A stretch of DNA of 64,000 nucleotides from a virus. Its lineage: Duplodnaviria; Caudoviricetes. Made by a program: the position numbers and the translations under genes. The stretch covers positions 2,519 through 66,518 of IMG/VR virus record IMGVR_UViG_2891456851_000002; one strand, 5' to 3'. The notes beneath the pieces were generated by a model, which was not told the DNA's origin, ran no database searches, and saw only the letters and a list, made by a program, of their open reading frames with translations. Positions within the stretch are counted from its first letter, which is position 1. The number at the start of each line of letters is the position of its first letter. This document shows positions 46,841-55,627 of this stretch, in pieces.

Positions 46841-46920
46841 GGCTCCTGTCATCCAACGGTAGGACCCTGCGTCTTTCCCCGGTGGCGCGGGAATGCGGGT
46901 TCGAGTCCCGCCAGGAGCCA
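46841..46920 (+). tRNA. tRNA-like element with an enlarged anticodon loop (possibly His-derived; may be a pseudo-tRNA)
   Basis: Acceptor GGCTCCTG/CAGGAGCC; D-loop AACGGTA; T arm GCGGG-TTCGAGT-CCCGC; anticodon loop of 14-16 nt. Confidence 0.65.
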
Positions 46921-46932
46921 CCTCAACGTGAC

Positions 46933-46978
46933 GAGCGCCCGTCCTTCCCCCGAGCGGGGAGGGGCGGGCGCTCCTTTG
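46933..46978 (+). terminator. Strong hairpin ending the late/lysis transcript
   Basis: GAGCGCCCG...CGGGCGCTC followed by CTTT. Confidence 0.75.
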
Positions 46979-47267
46979 TCGTTTCTGTCGGTGCCGCCGC
47001 CTATGCTCCCCACCGAGGGTCCTGCTCGGTCCCACCGGAAGCGTCGTCTCCCGTCGCGCGAGGCGGTGAGGCGGCGCTTTCCTCATGCCCCCAATCGCGG
47101 CGCCGGCGTTGCGCGCGGGCCACGCGGACGAGCAGGTCGTACATGCGGTAGTCGGCGCTCAACGTCATACCCGCCATGGTGGCTCCCCACGGTGGGGGCA
47201 CGCCACCCGGTCACAGCAGAACGCCCCACTCCCTGACGGGGGTGGGACGCTCTCGTCGTGTCTGGGG

Positions 47268-47936
47268 TCAGAAGGCCGGCGACTCGAGTAGGTCCTTCGT
47301 CCAGTACGGCTCGAGGTTCACGAACAGGGTGAGCCAGTCGGCGTCGTACGGCCAGCGCGCCACGGCGCCATCCTCGACGAGATGAAGCAAGGTCCGGGAC
47401 GGCGGACTCGAACCGATCTCGAGCGGGACCGACCATGGGTCAAGGGTCACCGGGAGCATGACCGGCTTCATCCCAGCCCGAGAGCACGGGGCGAGGAGCG
47501 AGACGCCAGAGGCCCGCTCCACACGTATCGGCTCATGCCAGGAGAGCGTGCCGTCGTCGTCGGCCTGGTTCTGCTCGAGGTCGACAGCCGCGCGGAACGG
47601 CCCGTACAGCTCAGACAGCCGTGATGCGTTGCGCTCGCGGTCCGCATCACGGCCAGGCCCGCCATCGAGGCTGGGCCCGCCGACGCGAATCATGGCAAAG
47701 ACGCCGGCCACCAAACCCGCATGCACTCGAGCGAGGGCGGCGACCTGCTCCATCGGCCACTGCCGCGGCGGGGACATGTGGACTTGGCCGATCGCGTCGA
47801 TGTACCACCGCTCGAGGTCGCGGGGATCGTCTGGACTCGAGATCCAGTCCTGCACCTCCGCCAGGGTGGCGGTCGCGGCGACGTCGCGGATGATGCGCTT
47901 GAGGGCGTCGCGGGCGAGGGATTCGTGTACTGACAT
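47268..47936 (-). CDS. Hypothetical cargo protein in the CTCGAG-rich island
   Basis: 222-aa ORF just downstream of the resolvase; atypical codon use. Confidence 0.65.
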   Translation of the reverse strand: MSVHESLARDALKRIIRDVAATATLAEVQDWISSPDDPRDLERWYIDAIGQVHMSPPRQWPMEQVAALARVHAGLVAGVFAMIRVGGPSLDGGPGRDADRERNASRLSELYGPFRAAVDLEQNQADDDGTLSWHEPIRVERASGVSLLAPCSRAGMKPVMLPVTLDPWSVPLEIGSSPPSRTLLHLVEDGAVARWPYDADWLTLFVNLEPYWTKDLLESPAF

Positions 47937-47946
47937 GAGGGCTCCG

Positions 47947-48522
47947 TCAGGTGCGCTGAAGCGCTCGGTAGATGGCGGGCCGGCTCACGCCGAAGGTGTC
48001 GGCGATCTCCCGCACGGTGTGCAGCCGCTTCCCGTCGTCGCCTCGAGCTTCGTACATCATCCGGGCCTGGGCGGTACGGGTCGGGGTCATCTTGGTTCGT
48101 CGGCCGCCGACGCGTCCTCGAGCTCGAGCGGCCTCGAGCCCGTCGAGTGTGCGTTCCACGATCATGTCGTGCTCGAACTCGGCGTAGGCGGCGATGATCC
48201 GGAAGAACAGCCGGCCCGCTGGGGTGGAGGTGTCGATGCCCTGGTCGATTACCCGGAAGTGAACGTCTCGGGCCTTGAGGACCTCGAGCACGATTTCGTG
48301 GAGTTGCTTCGCGGATCGGGCCAACCGGTCCAGCTTCGTGATGACGAACGTGTCGCCGGGGCGAAGCACGAGAAGCGCGGTGTCCAACTCGGGCCGGCGC
48401 TCGAGCTTGCCCGACATCTTGTCGATGAAGATCTGCTCGCATCCGATGGCGGCGAGTGCGTCCCGTTGGGCCTCCGGGTGTTGATCCCGTCGAGAGACGC
48501 GGCCGTACCCGATCAGTGCCAT
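47947..48522 (-). CDS. Serine resolvase/invertase
   Basis: LIGYGRVS (catalytic Ser); TKLDRLARS; AEFEHDMIVERT..GL.AARARGRVGGR; C-terminal HTH. Confidence 0.95.
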   Translation of the reverse strand: MALIGYGRVSRRDQHPEAQRDALAAIGCEQIFIDKMSGKLERRPELDTALLVLRPGDTFVITKLDRLARSAKQLHEIVLEVLKARDVHFRVIDQGIDTSTPAGRLFFRIIAAYAEFEHDMIVERTLDGLEAARARGRVGGRRTKMTPTRTAQARMMYEARGDDGKRLHTVREIADTFGVSRPAIYRALQRT

Positions 48523-48534
48523 GTGTCCACCCGG

Positions 48535-48600
48535 TGATTGTGTATCGGAAACGTTGCTGGTGTTACGTAGTTTTCGTTCACGGGTTTCGTTACAGGTCGC
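48535..48600. promoter_or_regulatory. Putative res site/resolvase promoter
   Basis: AT-rich stretch TGTATCGGAAACG...GTTTTCGTTCAC...TTTCGTTACA upstream of the resolvase. Confidence 0.55.
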
Positions 48601-49570
48601 TCCTGGGGGTTCGCCCTCGCGACTGTGCCGTCTCAGATTCGATCGTTTCCGTACGGCGCATGTAGCGGTCAGACGTCGCCGGCGTCCCCGACCCGATCGC
48701 GTCCCGCAGTTGGGCGATCGGCGCGACATTCTCCTCGGCCAGAGCCGCAGTGGTCTGCCGTAGCGACTGCGGCGTCACGCGCTCAGGCTGCTCGAGACCG
48801 GCCTCCCGGGCGATCCGCTGAACCAGGCCGAAGAGATAGCGCCGATCCACCCGGCGCCCGGTCGCCGTGGCGAACAGCGGACCCTCGAGCTCTGCAACCG
48901 GCACGCCGGCATCCCGGGCCCGATCCTCGAGATAGCGGTCAACCGCGGCGGCTGTGGCGGCAGGTAGCCTGCGTGCCCGCCCTCGCCGGTTCTGCGCTGT
49001 GAGCCGCACAACGCGGAACCCTCGCTCCGTCTCGAGCGAGGACACATCGAGATCGGGCACATCCGACACTCGAGGGCCGACGGTCAACGCGAGCCGGATT
49101 ACAGCGGATGTCCGCAGGGCTGCCCGTCCATAGTCGGCGTCCGCCCAAGCGACCATTGCTCGAGCCTCATCCGCGTTCAGGCAGGCTGTCTCGAGGTAGG
49201 TACCGCCGCGGCGAGGGCGGTCGGTCGCGGCAAAGCTCGAGGTCGGGATCGCGCCCTTACTGGCCAGGTAGGCGTACCAGTTGGAGACGGCAGCGAGCTT
49301 CGCGGCCACGGTCGCGGGCTTGCTGTTGCGCGGCGGCATCTCGAGCCGCCGCGCCCACAGGTTGCCATCCCCTCGAGTCGCGGTCAGCGGATCAATCCCC
49401 GCGCCAGCCGCGAAGTCCAGCCACTGGGCGAGGTGCACCCGATACGCCCGCCGGGTCGCGGGGGAACCGAATGACCACACCCACTCGAGCGTGAGCCGCT
49501 GGATCTCGTCCGGCAGCGGCGAAGGCAGCTCGAGATCCCCGGCGGTCGCGCGCTCGAGAGTGTGGGTCAC
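48590..49570 (-). CDS. XerC/D-like tyrosine recombinase with a degenerate active site
   Basis: TRRAY...PATVAAKLAAVSNWYAYL; GPRVSD (R); QSLR instead of HxLR; IGS instead of LGH; terminal Y retained. Confidence 0.75.
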   Translation of the reverse strand: MTHTLERATAGDLELPSPLPDEIQRLTLEWVWSFGSPATRRAYRVHLAQWLDFAAGAGIDPLTATRGDGNLWARRLEMPPRNSKPATVAAKLAAVSNWYAYLASKGAIPTSSFAATDRPRRGGTYLETACLNADEARAMVAWADADYGRAALRTSAVIRLALTVGPRVSDVPDLDVSSLETERGFRVVRLTAQNRRGRARRLPAATAAAVDRYLEDRARDAGVPVAELEGPLFATATGRRVDRRYLFGLVQRIAREAGLEQPERVTPQSLRQTTAALAEENVAPIAQLRDAIGSGTPATSDRYMRRTETIESETAQSRGRTPRSDL

Positions 49571-49709
49571 AGTGCTCCTTCTTGGTCGTGGGAATCGGCA
49601 TTCTCGTAGCCCAGCCGGTCACCCATCACGGGCTCGTGAAGTGACTTCACCAACAGGTCTCCAAACGAAGCGTCCCGTCCGCCACGGTGGGCGGGACGCA
49701 AGGACGGGG

Positions 49710-49940
49710 TCAGCGGGCCATCGTCCACCAGTCCCGCGCGTTGGCCTCATGCACCCGGCGGTCCGCCTCGTGCTGCCTCAGCATGTACCGGTCGGCGTGC
49801 CGGTCCTCACTCGTACCGGAGGCCAGACGGCGGCGGCACTCGTCCGCCTTCCGCCCCGATTCACGCGCCTGCGCTGCGGCCTCTCGGGCTCGCTGCGCCC
49901 ACGCGTCGGCCTGCGGGTTCTTCTTGCTGAACAGTCCCAT
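49710..49940 (-). CDS. Small protein, MGLFSKK N-terminus
   Basis: RBS GAAGGAG; followed by a hairpin. Confidence 0.65.
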   Translation of the reverse strand: MGLFSKKNPQADAWAQRAREAAAQARESGRKADECRRRLASGTSEDRHADRYMLRQHEADRRVHEANARDWWTMAR

Positions 49941-50010
49941 CACGGGCTCCTTCGGTTTTCTTGGGTTGGAGATGGTGTCCCGCCTGTCAGAGCGGACGGG
50001 ACGCGGTGGG

Positions 50011-50412
50011 TCACGCGGTCGGCTTCTCGGTGGGTGGCTCGGCATGGACCGTCTCGACTTCCCACGGCTCGACCTGCCAGCCTGCGGCGCGGAATGCCTG
50101 CCGGTACTGCTTGAGTTGCTCGTACCAGTAGTCGCCGCTTGGGGTCTTGAAGCTGCCGTTGACGACGTGCCGAATAGTCACGGGGCCAGTCCTGCCGGGG
50201 CGGTTAGGGATGTACCAGCCGTTGGCGTCGGTGCACCGGTGGACTGCATCGCCGTAGATCATGGCTGGGGCGAACCCGGCGTCGGTGAGGACCTTGGCAG
50301 CGGCAACGGCGATCGGGTCGTTCAGGCTTCTGGGCCACATGCCGGGCGTGGCGTCGGGCATGGACGTTGCTGCCTCGGTCGCGGCCTGCTTGCGGTGAGC
50401 GTCAGTGATCAC
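50011..50412 (-). CDS. Hypothetical protein
   Basis: 133-aa ORF bounded by hairpins. Confidence 0.6.
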   Translation of the reverse strand: MITDAHRKQAATEAATSMPDATPGMWPRSLNDPIAVAAAKVLTDAGFAPAMIYGDAVHRCTDANGWYIPNRPGRTGPVTIRHVVNGSFKTPSGDYWYEQLKQYRQAFRAAGWQVEPWEVETVHAEPPTEKPTA

Positions 50413-50476
50413 TGGATGGTCCTCTCACGCAGGGGCGTCCCGCCCACCGTGGCGGACGGGACGCGAGGGGTGAGGG

Positions 50477-50581
50477 CTACTTGCCGCAGCGGTGGGTCAA
50501 GACGTTGCCCGTCCGGTTGCAGTTCGGGCACCGCCACGTGATGCGGATGGGCAGGATCGGGCTGTTCGGGTTGCGCTTCAC
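50477..50581 (-). CDS. 34-aa Zn-ribbon-like peptide
   Basis: RBS GAAGGAG; MKRNPNSPILPIRITWRCPNCNRTGNVLTHRCGK. Confidence 0.5.
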   Translation of the reverse strand: MKRNPNSPILPIRITWRCPNCNRTGNVLTHRCGK

Positions 50582-50654
50582 GATCGTTCTCCTTCGATCT
50601 CGTGGGGGGGTGTCCCGCCCCGGGGAAGGTGAGGCGGGACACCAAGGGGGATGG

Positions 50655-50954
50655 TCAGGCGGCGACCGTCACGCGACCGCCCTCGGCCACCGTCGCCTTG
50701 AACTCGATGCCGGGCTTGAACGCCGGCACGTTCTTCGCCTCGATCCGGATCGGCTCCCCCGTGGACGGGTTGCGGCCGTCCCGGGCGGGCTTGTGGACCT
50801 GCTCGAACGAACCGAACCCGGTGAGCTGGACCTTGTCCCCGTTCGCGACGGCGGACGTGATGGCGTCGAGGATCGCGGTCGTCACGGCGTTGACGGCGTT
50901 CTGCGGCAGACCGGTGACGGTGGCGGCCTCGGCGACGAGCTGCTTGCGGTTCAT
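50655..50954 (-). CDS. HU-family DNA-binding protein
   Basis: MNRKQLV...GDKVQLTGFGSF...ARDGRNPSTGEPIRI...PAFKPG. Confidence 0.95.
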   Translation of the reverse strand: MNRKQLVAEAATVTGLPQNAVNAVTTAILDAITSAVANGDKVQLTGFGSFEQVHKPARDGRNPSTGEPIRIEAKNVPAFKPGIEFKATVAEGGRVTVAA

Positions 50955-51052
50955 GTGCTTCTCCTCGTGTGTCGGAGGTGGGGGTGGAGCCTGAGCGCTC
51001 CGGGCACCCGCCACAACCCGCAGGCTGTGGCAGGCACCCGCAACAGTCGGCC

Positions 51053-51592
51053 CTATTCGAGGCGGCTGTACACCCGCGTGAAAATGTCCCAGGCCTCGAT
51101 CATCGGCTTGATGACCTCGGCAGGCGCGCCGTGATTCATGGCCAGATTGAGGATCTCCAGCATGGTCTCGTCGTCGTGGTCGTAACCGTGGTCGGCCACG
51201 AGTCCCCAGATGGCCTGCAGCGCAACGCCCGGCGCGAACAGGATCGGCATCTGCTCGTAGCAGGTCGCGATCAGGGCAGCGGCATGGGCCGCCGCTTCGT
51301 TGAGGTCCTTGCTCATGGGTTCTCCCTGGTCGTGGTGGAGGGGTGGAGCTGACTGCTCCGGCAGTCCCCGCCCGGCGAGCGGGCGGGAACCCGCAACCGT
51401 CAGCTACTTCTTCTTGCCGCCCTTGGCGACGTAGCCCTCGCCGTGACGCTCGCTGATGACGGCACCGCCCGGCACCCGCACAGCGCTCTTGCCAGTCGTC
51501 GAGTCCCTGTGAACGACGTGCTTGCCGCTCTTGTCGCAGTCGACGGAATCCTTGCCGTCGCTGCTGGTGAACTTCGCGTCACACTTGCCCAT
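51053..51592 (-). CDS. Two small hypothetical genes (51053-51316, 51404-51592)
   Basis: GGAG RBSs; hairpins downstream. Confidence 0.6.
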
Positions 51593-51678
51593 CTCGATCT
51601 CCTTCGTGGGGGCGGGGTGGAGCGGTCTGCTCCGGAAGCGCGACCACCCGGGAGCGGTCGCGCAACCGCAACGACCGC

Positions 51679-51927
51679 TCAGCCGAGCAGGCGGCCGAGG
51701 CCCTTCGGACGGGCCCCCGCCTGACGCAGCGCGTCCTCCTGCAGCTTGTTCGCCTTGCGTGAGCCGACCTGCTGCTCCAGCACCGCCCGCGCCTTGCGCT
51801 TCTCGACGGACGTCACGCCGTGTCCGTTCGCCGCGATCGCGAGGGTCCGCAGGTCATTCGCCGACGCGGACTTGCCCTGCAGCTTCGCCTTCTCGGCGTC
51901 GCTCATCTTGCTGCTGAAAAGCCCCAT
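51679..51927 (-). CDS. Small protein, MGLFSSK N-terminus
   Basis: RBS GAAGGAG. Confidence 0.65.
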   Translation of the reverse strand: MGLFSSKMSDAEKAKLQGKSASANDLRTLAIAANGHGVTSVEKRKARAVLEQQVGSRKANKLQEDALRQAGARPKGLGRLLG

Positions 51928-52008
51928 GATGGGTGTGCTCCTTCGTTGGGTTGAGGGGGTGGCGTCCCGTCCGTTGCCGCGGGCGGGACGCACAAGGTTG
52001 GGTTGAGG

Positions 52009-52206
52009 TCAGGAGTGGATCCACCACATGCCGGACTCGCGCGCCTTCACCGCAGCGGCGGCCTGCTGCTCCTGGTGGAACTTGGCCTTCTTCTGGTCAC
52101 CGCGGGCGGCGGCCTTCACCGCAGCGGCGGCGTGACCGTCGCGGACCAGCGCCCAGTTCGTCGTCTGCGGGGCTGGCTCGGGCTTCTTGCTGCTGAGCAG
52201 ACCCAT
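52009..52206 (-). CDS. Small protein, MGLLSSKK N-terminus
   Basis: RBS GAAGGAGG. Confidence 0.65.
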   Translation of the reverse strand: MGLLSSKKPEPAPQTTNWALVRDGHAAAAVKAAARGDQKKAKFHQEQQAAAAVKARESGMWWIHS

Positions 52207-52265
52207 CGGGGGTCCCTCCTTCTGGTGGTGGTGGTGGGGCGGGTACCGGTCGGAGCCCGCCGGGG

Positions 52266-52995
52266 TCAGTTGGGGTTGGCGATGTACCGGGTCACTGCGA
52301 AGCCACCGAGGACTACCGCGAGCACGAGCACGCCCATGTCGTCAGCGGCGTACGCCCACAGGCCAGCCGCCGCGAACAGGCCAAGGGTGATCAGCTTGAA
52401 CGTGGCCGGGCCGACCAGCTTGAGGACGATCACCCCGACCGCCACGGACACGACGGCCTTGACGAGCAGCGGCGTCATCGGGCACCCCCGGTGATGGCGC
52501 GTTCCGCCTGAGACCGACGCACACCCAGGACCGGGCGGCCGTGCGTGGCGACCGGCCCCACACGGACCCGCAGCGCCTGCAGGTTGGTCGCGAGGTCCTC
52601 CGGCGTCCAGTCGTCGTACGCCCCGGGCCGCACCTTCGTGAGGCGGGTCAACAGCTCCGGCAGGGGCAGCGACGGCGCGGGGCCGAACGCAGCGAGCACG
52701 TCCACCCCCAGCCGGTCACCGGCCACAGGCGCGCGCCGCCCCCGCAGCACGGTCTTGGGGAGATTCATCGATCGGTTCCTTCCGGTGGTCAGTCGTCTTT
52801 GCGGCCGAGCGGCCCGCGAATCTCGCCCCGGCGTCCGCAGCGGGGGCAGGGCCGGTACCGGCCGGGGATGATGGCGCTGCGGATCTTCCCGGTCCCCTCG
52901 CACTTCGGGCACTCACGGAGCGGGTTCCGAGCGAGGCTCACCCACACCGCGACGATCGCCACGATGACGATCAGGACCGGGAGAACATGATCCAT
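52266..52995 (-). CDS. Three small genes (52266-52478 membrane; 52475-52768; 52789-52995 TM plus CxxCxGxG Zn finger)
   Basis: Coupling and hydrophobicity; CPKCEGTG...CPRCGRRG. Confidence 0.6.
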
Positions 52996-53035
52996 AAGGG
53001 GCTCCTTTCAAGAGCCGGAGGTGGGGTCGGGACCC

Positions 53036-53133
53036 CTAACCGGGGTTAGTGATCCCACCGCTGGGTTAGGCCACCCGGATTTCGGGACTGACCTGCGGAA
53101 AGTGGGCTGGGTTAGCTGGGTTAGGTCGGTTAG
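53036..53133. repeat. clt-like locus: GGTTAG/(GCTG)GGTTAG repeats next to the traB 3' end
   Basis: GGTTAG at 53044, 53064, 53110, 53119 and 53128; inverted CTAACC at 53036. Confidence 0.65.
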
Positions 53134-53186
53134 TTCCAGGCCTTCCAGACCCCTCCAGAAGGGGTTTCGCGGGGTGCGGCACCACC

Positions 53187-55394
53187 TCACTCACCCGCCT
53201 CTCGGGACGCCTTCACGCTCCGCACCTCGGCCGGGTCGAGCCACAGGATGTTGGCCTTGTTCGTGACCCGCACCCCGTACTCCCGCGTCAGGATGTCCCG
53301 CAGATCCGTGCCACGAAGGGACTCGTACGGGCGCCAGCTCGGGGCGAGCTCCCGCAGCCTCGGAGGGATGTCAGCCACGCGCACCCGATCGGCGCCGAGG
53401 ACCTCGTCCAGGTCATCGAGAAGGTCCCGGCCCGGGGTCGGTGCGGGCCTGCCGCTCGGGCCGATGCCGGCCTTCTCCCGGATCCGCATCGCCCGCTCGA
53501 CCACCGGCCCGGCCTGCGCCTGCGACACGAAATGACCGCGCAGCAGGCCAGGCTTCGGGGTGAACCCACGGGCCATGAACGTGCCGACGTCGCCAGGCCC
53601 TTCGTCGGTCTTCGGCTCCAGCCCCACGGCGGAGATACCCGCCTTGTAGGAGCCGGTGCCCAGCACCGCGTCGTTGGACAGCTGGTCACCGATGGCGAAG
53701 CACGCCCGGTTCGACGTCACCGCGATCAGACGCCGCGGCAGGGAGTCCGACGACGGTTCCGGCGTCGCGTACACCAGCGTGATGGCGTACTTGCGGGCGG
53801 CGTTCTCCAGCTTCACGCACGTCTCGATGGCCTCCTTGCGGAGGGTTTCGTGCAGGAACAGCGCCTGGCACTCATCGATGACGGCGATCCGCGGGCGGAG
53901 CCGGGCGTCCTTCTCGGCGAGCTCCCGAGTCACCGCACGGGCGCCGTGCTCCTTCAACGCCTTACCGCGGACGGTCAGGTCGGCGTACAGGTCCCGCAGG
54001 TTGTTCAGGCACGCCTCCGCCACGTCGTCCCCGGCTCCGGTCATGAGCGTCCGCAAGCGGGGCCGCATCGGGTCGTAGTCGGCGTTGTCCGCCATGACGA
54101 ACACGTCGATGTCGACCAGCGGGTCGAGCATCGCCCCGAGCAGCAGCGTGATGATGAGGGACGACTTGCCGGAGCCCATCATTCCGGCGATGACGTAGTT
54201 CGCCTCGAACAGCCGCCCGTTGACCCGCCGGCCGCGGATGTCCACTGCGACGGGGACGCCCTTGAAGTAGTCGGCGGTGCCGTCGTTGAGCAGCGGCCAC
54301 GGCTCGACCGGGCCGGATAGGGATCCCTGGTCGGCGACCCACAGGTCCAGCACACCGGGCAGGTCGCGGGGTTCGGTGGCCCACACCTCGACGGGGAACC
54401 GGACGAGGTTGTGCGCGAGGAGCTTCTTCTTGTCGTTGATCATCTCGACGGTCACGGCCGGGGGCAGCTCCAACTGCGTGTGGTAGCCCTTGCCGTCCCG
54501 CTCGGTCGGCAGGACGAACCGGGGCCGCCACCCCTCCTTGAAAGCGCGGTCGAGCTTGGAAATCCCCAGCTCACGCAGCGCGTTGAGGATGGCCCCTTCG
54601 TCGGGGATGAGATCGCGGTCCTTGACTTCGTCCTTGTCGGCGATCAGCCAGCCCACGGGGGTTCCGCGGCGCTTACCCTCCCGGAACGCGGACACCACGA
54701 GCGCCACCGGCAGGACCGGCCACAGCCACTTGACCAGCGTCAACAGGGCCTTGATGACGTTGCCGGCGATGTGCCACACAGTCGGGAAGTCGCCGACACC
54801 GGTCGCCCACACGGCGGTGGACAGGGCGAGCAGCAGCATCAGCGCGCCGATGATGCTGATCCCGAGGACCTTCGCGATGTTCATGGCGAGGATCGGCAGC
54901 TCCATCAGCCGGTCGTGCCGCTGGTGCTTGGCCTTCTCCATCCGGTCGACCCACTCCGCGAGTGCCTCGCGGTCGCCGATCGCTTCGGCCTGGCGGATCG
55001 CCCGCCGGTACACACCCAACGTGAGGCCGTCCCAGGCGCGGACCTGCCACGAGTGCCAGCCCTGACCTGCGGTAACGGCCACGTGGGCGGTCACGCGGGC
55101 GGCCTTCACCGTCCCGGGGGAGGGGCGGACGGCGATGACCTTCCCGCGGATCGGCGCCGGGAGCATCCGCACAGGCGGGGTGTTCGGTTCGTCTACGACC
55201 TCGCCCTCGTAGACGTACTGCTCCACCTCGTCGCGCTCGTCGTCGGGGACGGGCAGCGGCGGGGCGTCCTCCGGCCGGCGAACAGGCAGCCGCTGCGCCT
55301 CCTCTTCGGTGAGCTCGTCGTCGTCCTCTTCGGGGAGGAGTTCGACCTTCGGGCGCTCCTCGCCGCCGGGGATCAACCGGAACGGCCTGGTCAT
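53187..55394 (-). CDS. traB: TraB-like FtsK/SpoIIIE conjugal DNA translocase
   Basis: TM segments; AGMMGSGKS (Walker A); AVIDECQ; ENAARKYAI; C-terminal winged-helix-like region. Confidence 0.85.
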   Translation of the reverse strand: MTRPFRLIPGGEERPKVELLPEEDDDELTEEEAQRLPVRRPEDAPPLPVPDDERDEVEQYVYEGEVVDEPNTPPVRMLPAPIRGKVIAVRPSPGTVKAARVTAHVAVTAGQGWHSWQVRAWDGLTLGVYRRAIRQAEAIGDREALAEWVDRMEKAKHQRHDRLMELPILAMNIAKVLGISIIGALMLLLALSTAVWATGVGDFPTVWHIAGNVIKALLTLVKWLWPVLPVALVVSAFREGKRRGTPVGWLIADKDEVKDRDLIPDEGAILNALRELGISKLDRAFKEGWRPRFVLPTERDGKGYHTQLELPPAVTVEMINDKKKLLAHNLVRFPVEVWATEPRDLPGVLDLWVADQGSLSGPVEPWPLLNDGTADYFKGVPVAVDIRGRRVNGRLFEANYVIAGMMGSGKSSLIITLLLGAMLDPLVDIDVFVMADNADYDPMRPRLRTLMTGAGDDVAEACLNNLRDLYADLTVRGKALKEHGARAVTRELAEKDARLRPRIAVIDECQALFLHETLRKEAIETCVKLENAARKYAITLVYATPEPSSDSLPRRLIAVTSNRACFAIGDQLSNDAVLGTGSYKAGISAVGLEPKTDEGPGDVGTFMARGFTPKPGLLRGHFVSQAQAGPVVERAMRIREKAGIGPSGRPAPTPGRDLLDDLDEVLGADRVRVADIPPRLRELAPSWRPYESLRGTDLRDILTREYGVRVTNKANILWLDPAEVRSVKASREAGE

Positions 55395-55627
55395 CGGATA
55401 CCTCCCAGAGAGCCGACGTGGGCGGTGACGGCGAGCAGGATCGACGTGGTGATGAGCAGGGCCACCATGACCGCGCCCCATCCGAGGGCGGCTGTGGTGC
55501 GGAGGAACCCGGCGCGGCGGGCGGCGGCGACCATCTCGGCGGGGGTGCGGGCGTTGTCCTCGACCTCGTGCAGGGAGCACACCGCGAGCAGCAGCACCAC
55601 GAGGATCGGGGCCAGGTAGGAGAGCAT
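55391..55627 (-). CDS. Small two-TM protein (Spd-like)
   Basis: Hydrophobic; coupled to traB. Confidence 0.6.
   Translation of the reverse strand: MLSYLAPILVVLLLAVCSLHEVEDNARTPAEMVAAARRAGFLRTTAALGWGAVMVALLITTSILLAVTAHVGSLGGIR

Larger units (their letters stand above)
1..46975 (+). mobile_element. Prophage (HK97-type siphovirus): early, replication, packaging, head, tail and lysis modules; left end outside window
   Basis: Co-directional, often ATGA/GTGA-coupled genes in canonical order: recombination, replication, HNH-terS-terL-portal-protease-capsid, connector, tail tube, TAC, TMP, minor tails, endolysin, holin. Confidence 0.96.
49670..51991. repeat. Family of GC-rich GYGTCCCGYCC...GGRCGGGACRC hairpins placed just after small-gene stops
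   Basis: 49670-49699, 49975-50004, 50435-50464 (exact reverse complement of the first), 50609-50643, 51364-51390, 51962-51991. Confidence 0.8.

Noticed and set aside
46841-46920. tRNA-based attachment site marking the prophage end
   Set aside because: No duplicated tRNA 3' end or adjacent integrase was seen, and it is co-oriented within the late transcript before its terminator. It cannot be fully excluded without the left flank.
48590-49570. The prophage integrase
   Set aside because: Degenerate catalytic motifs, far from the apparent att junction, and embedded in a compositionally foreign island.
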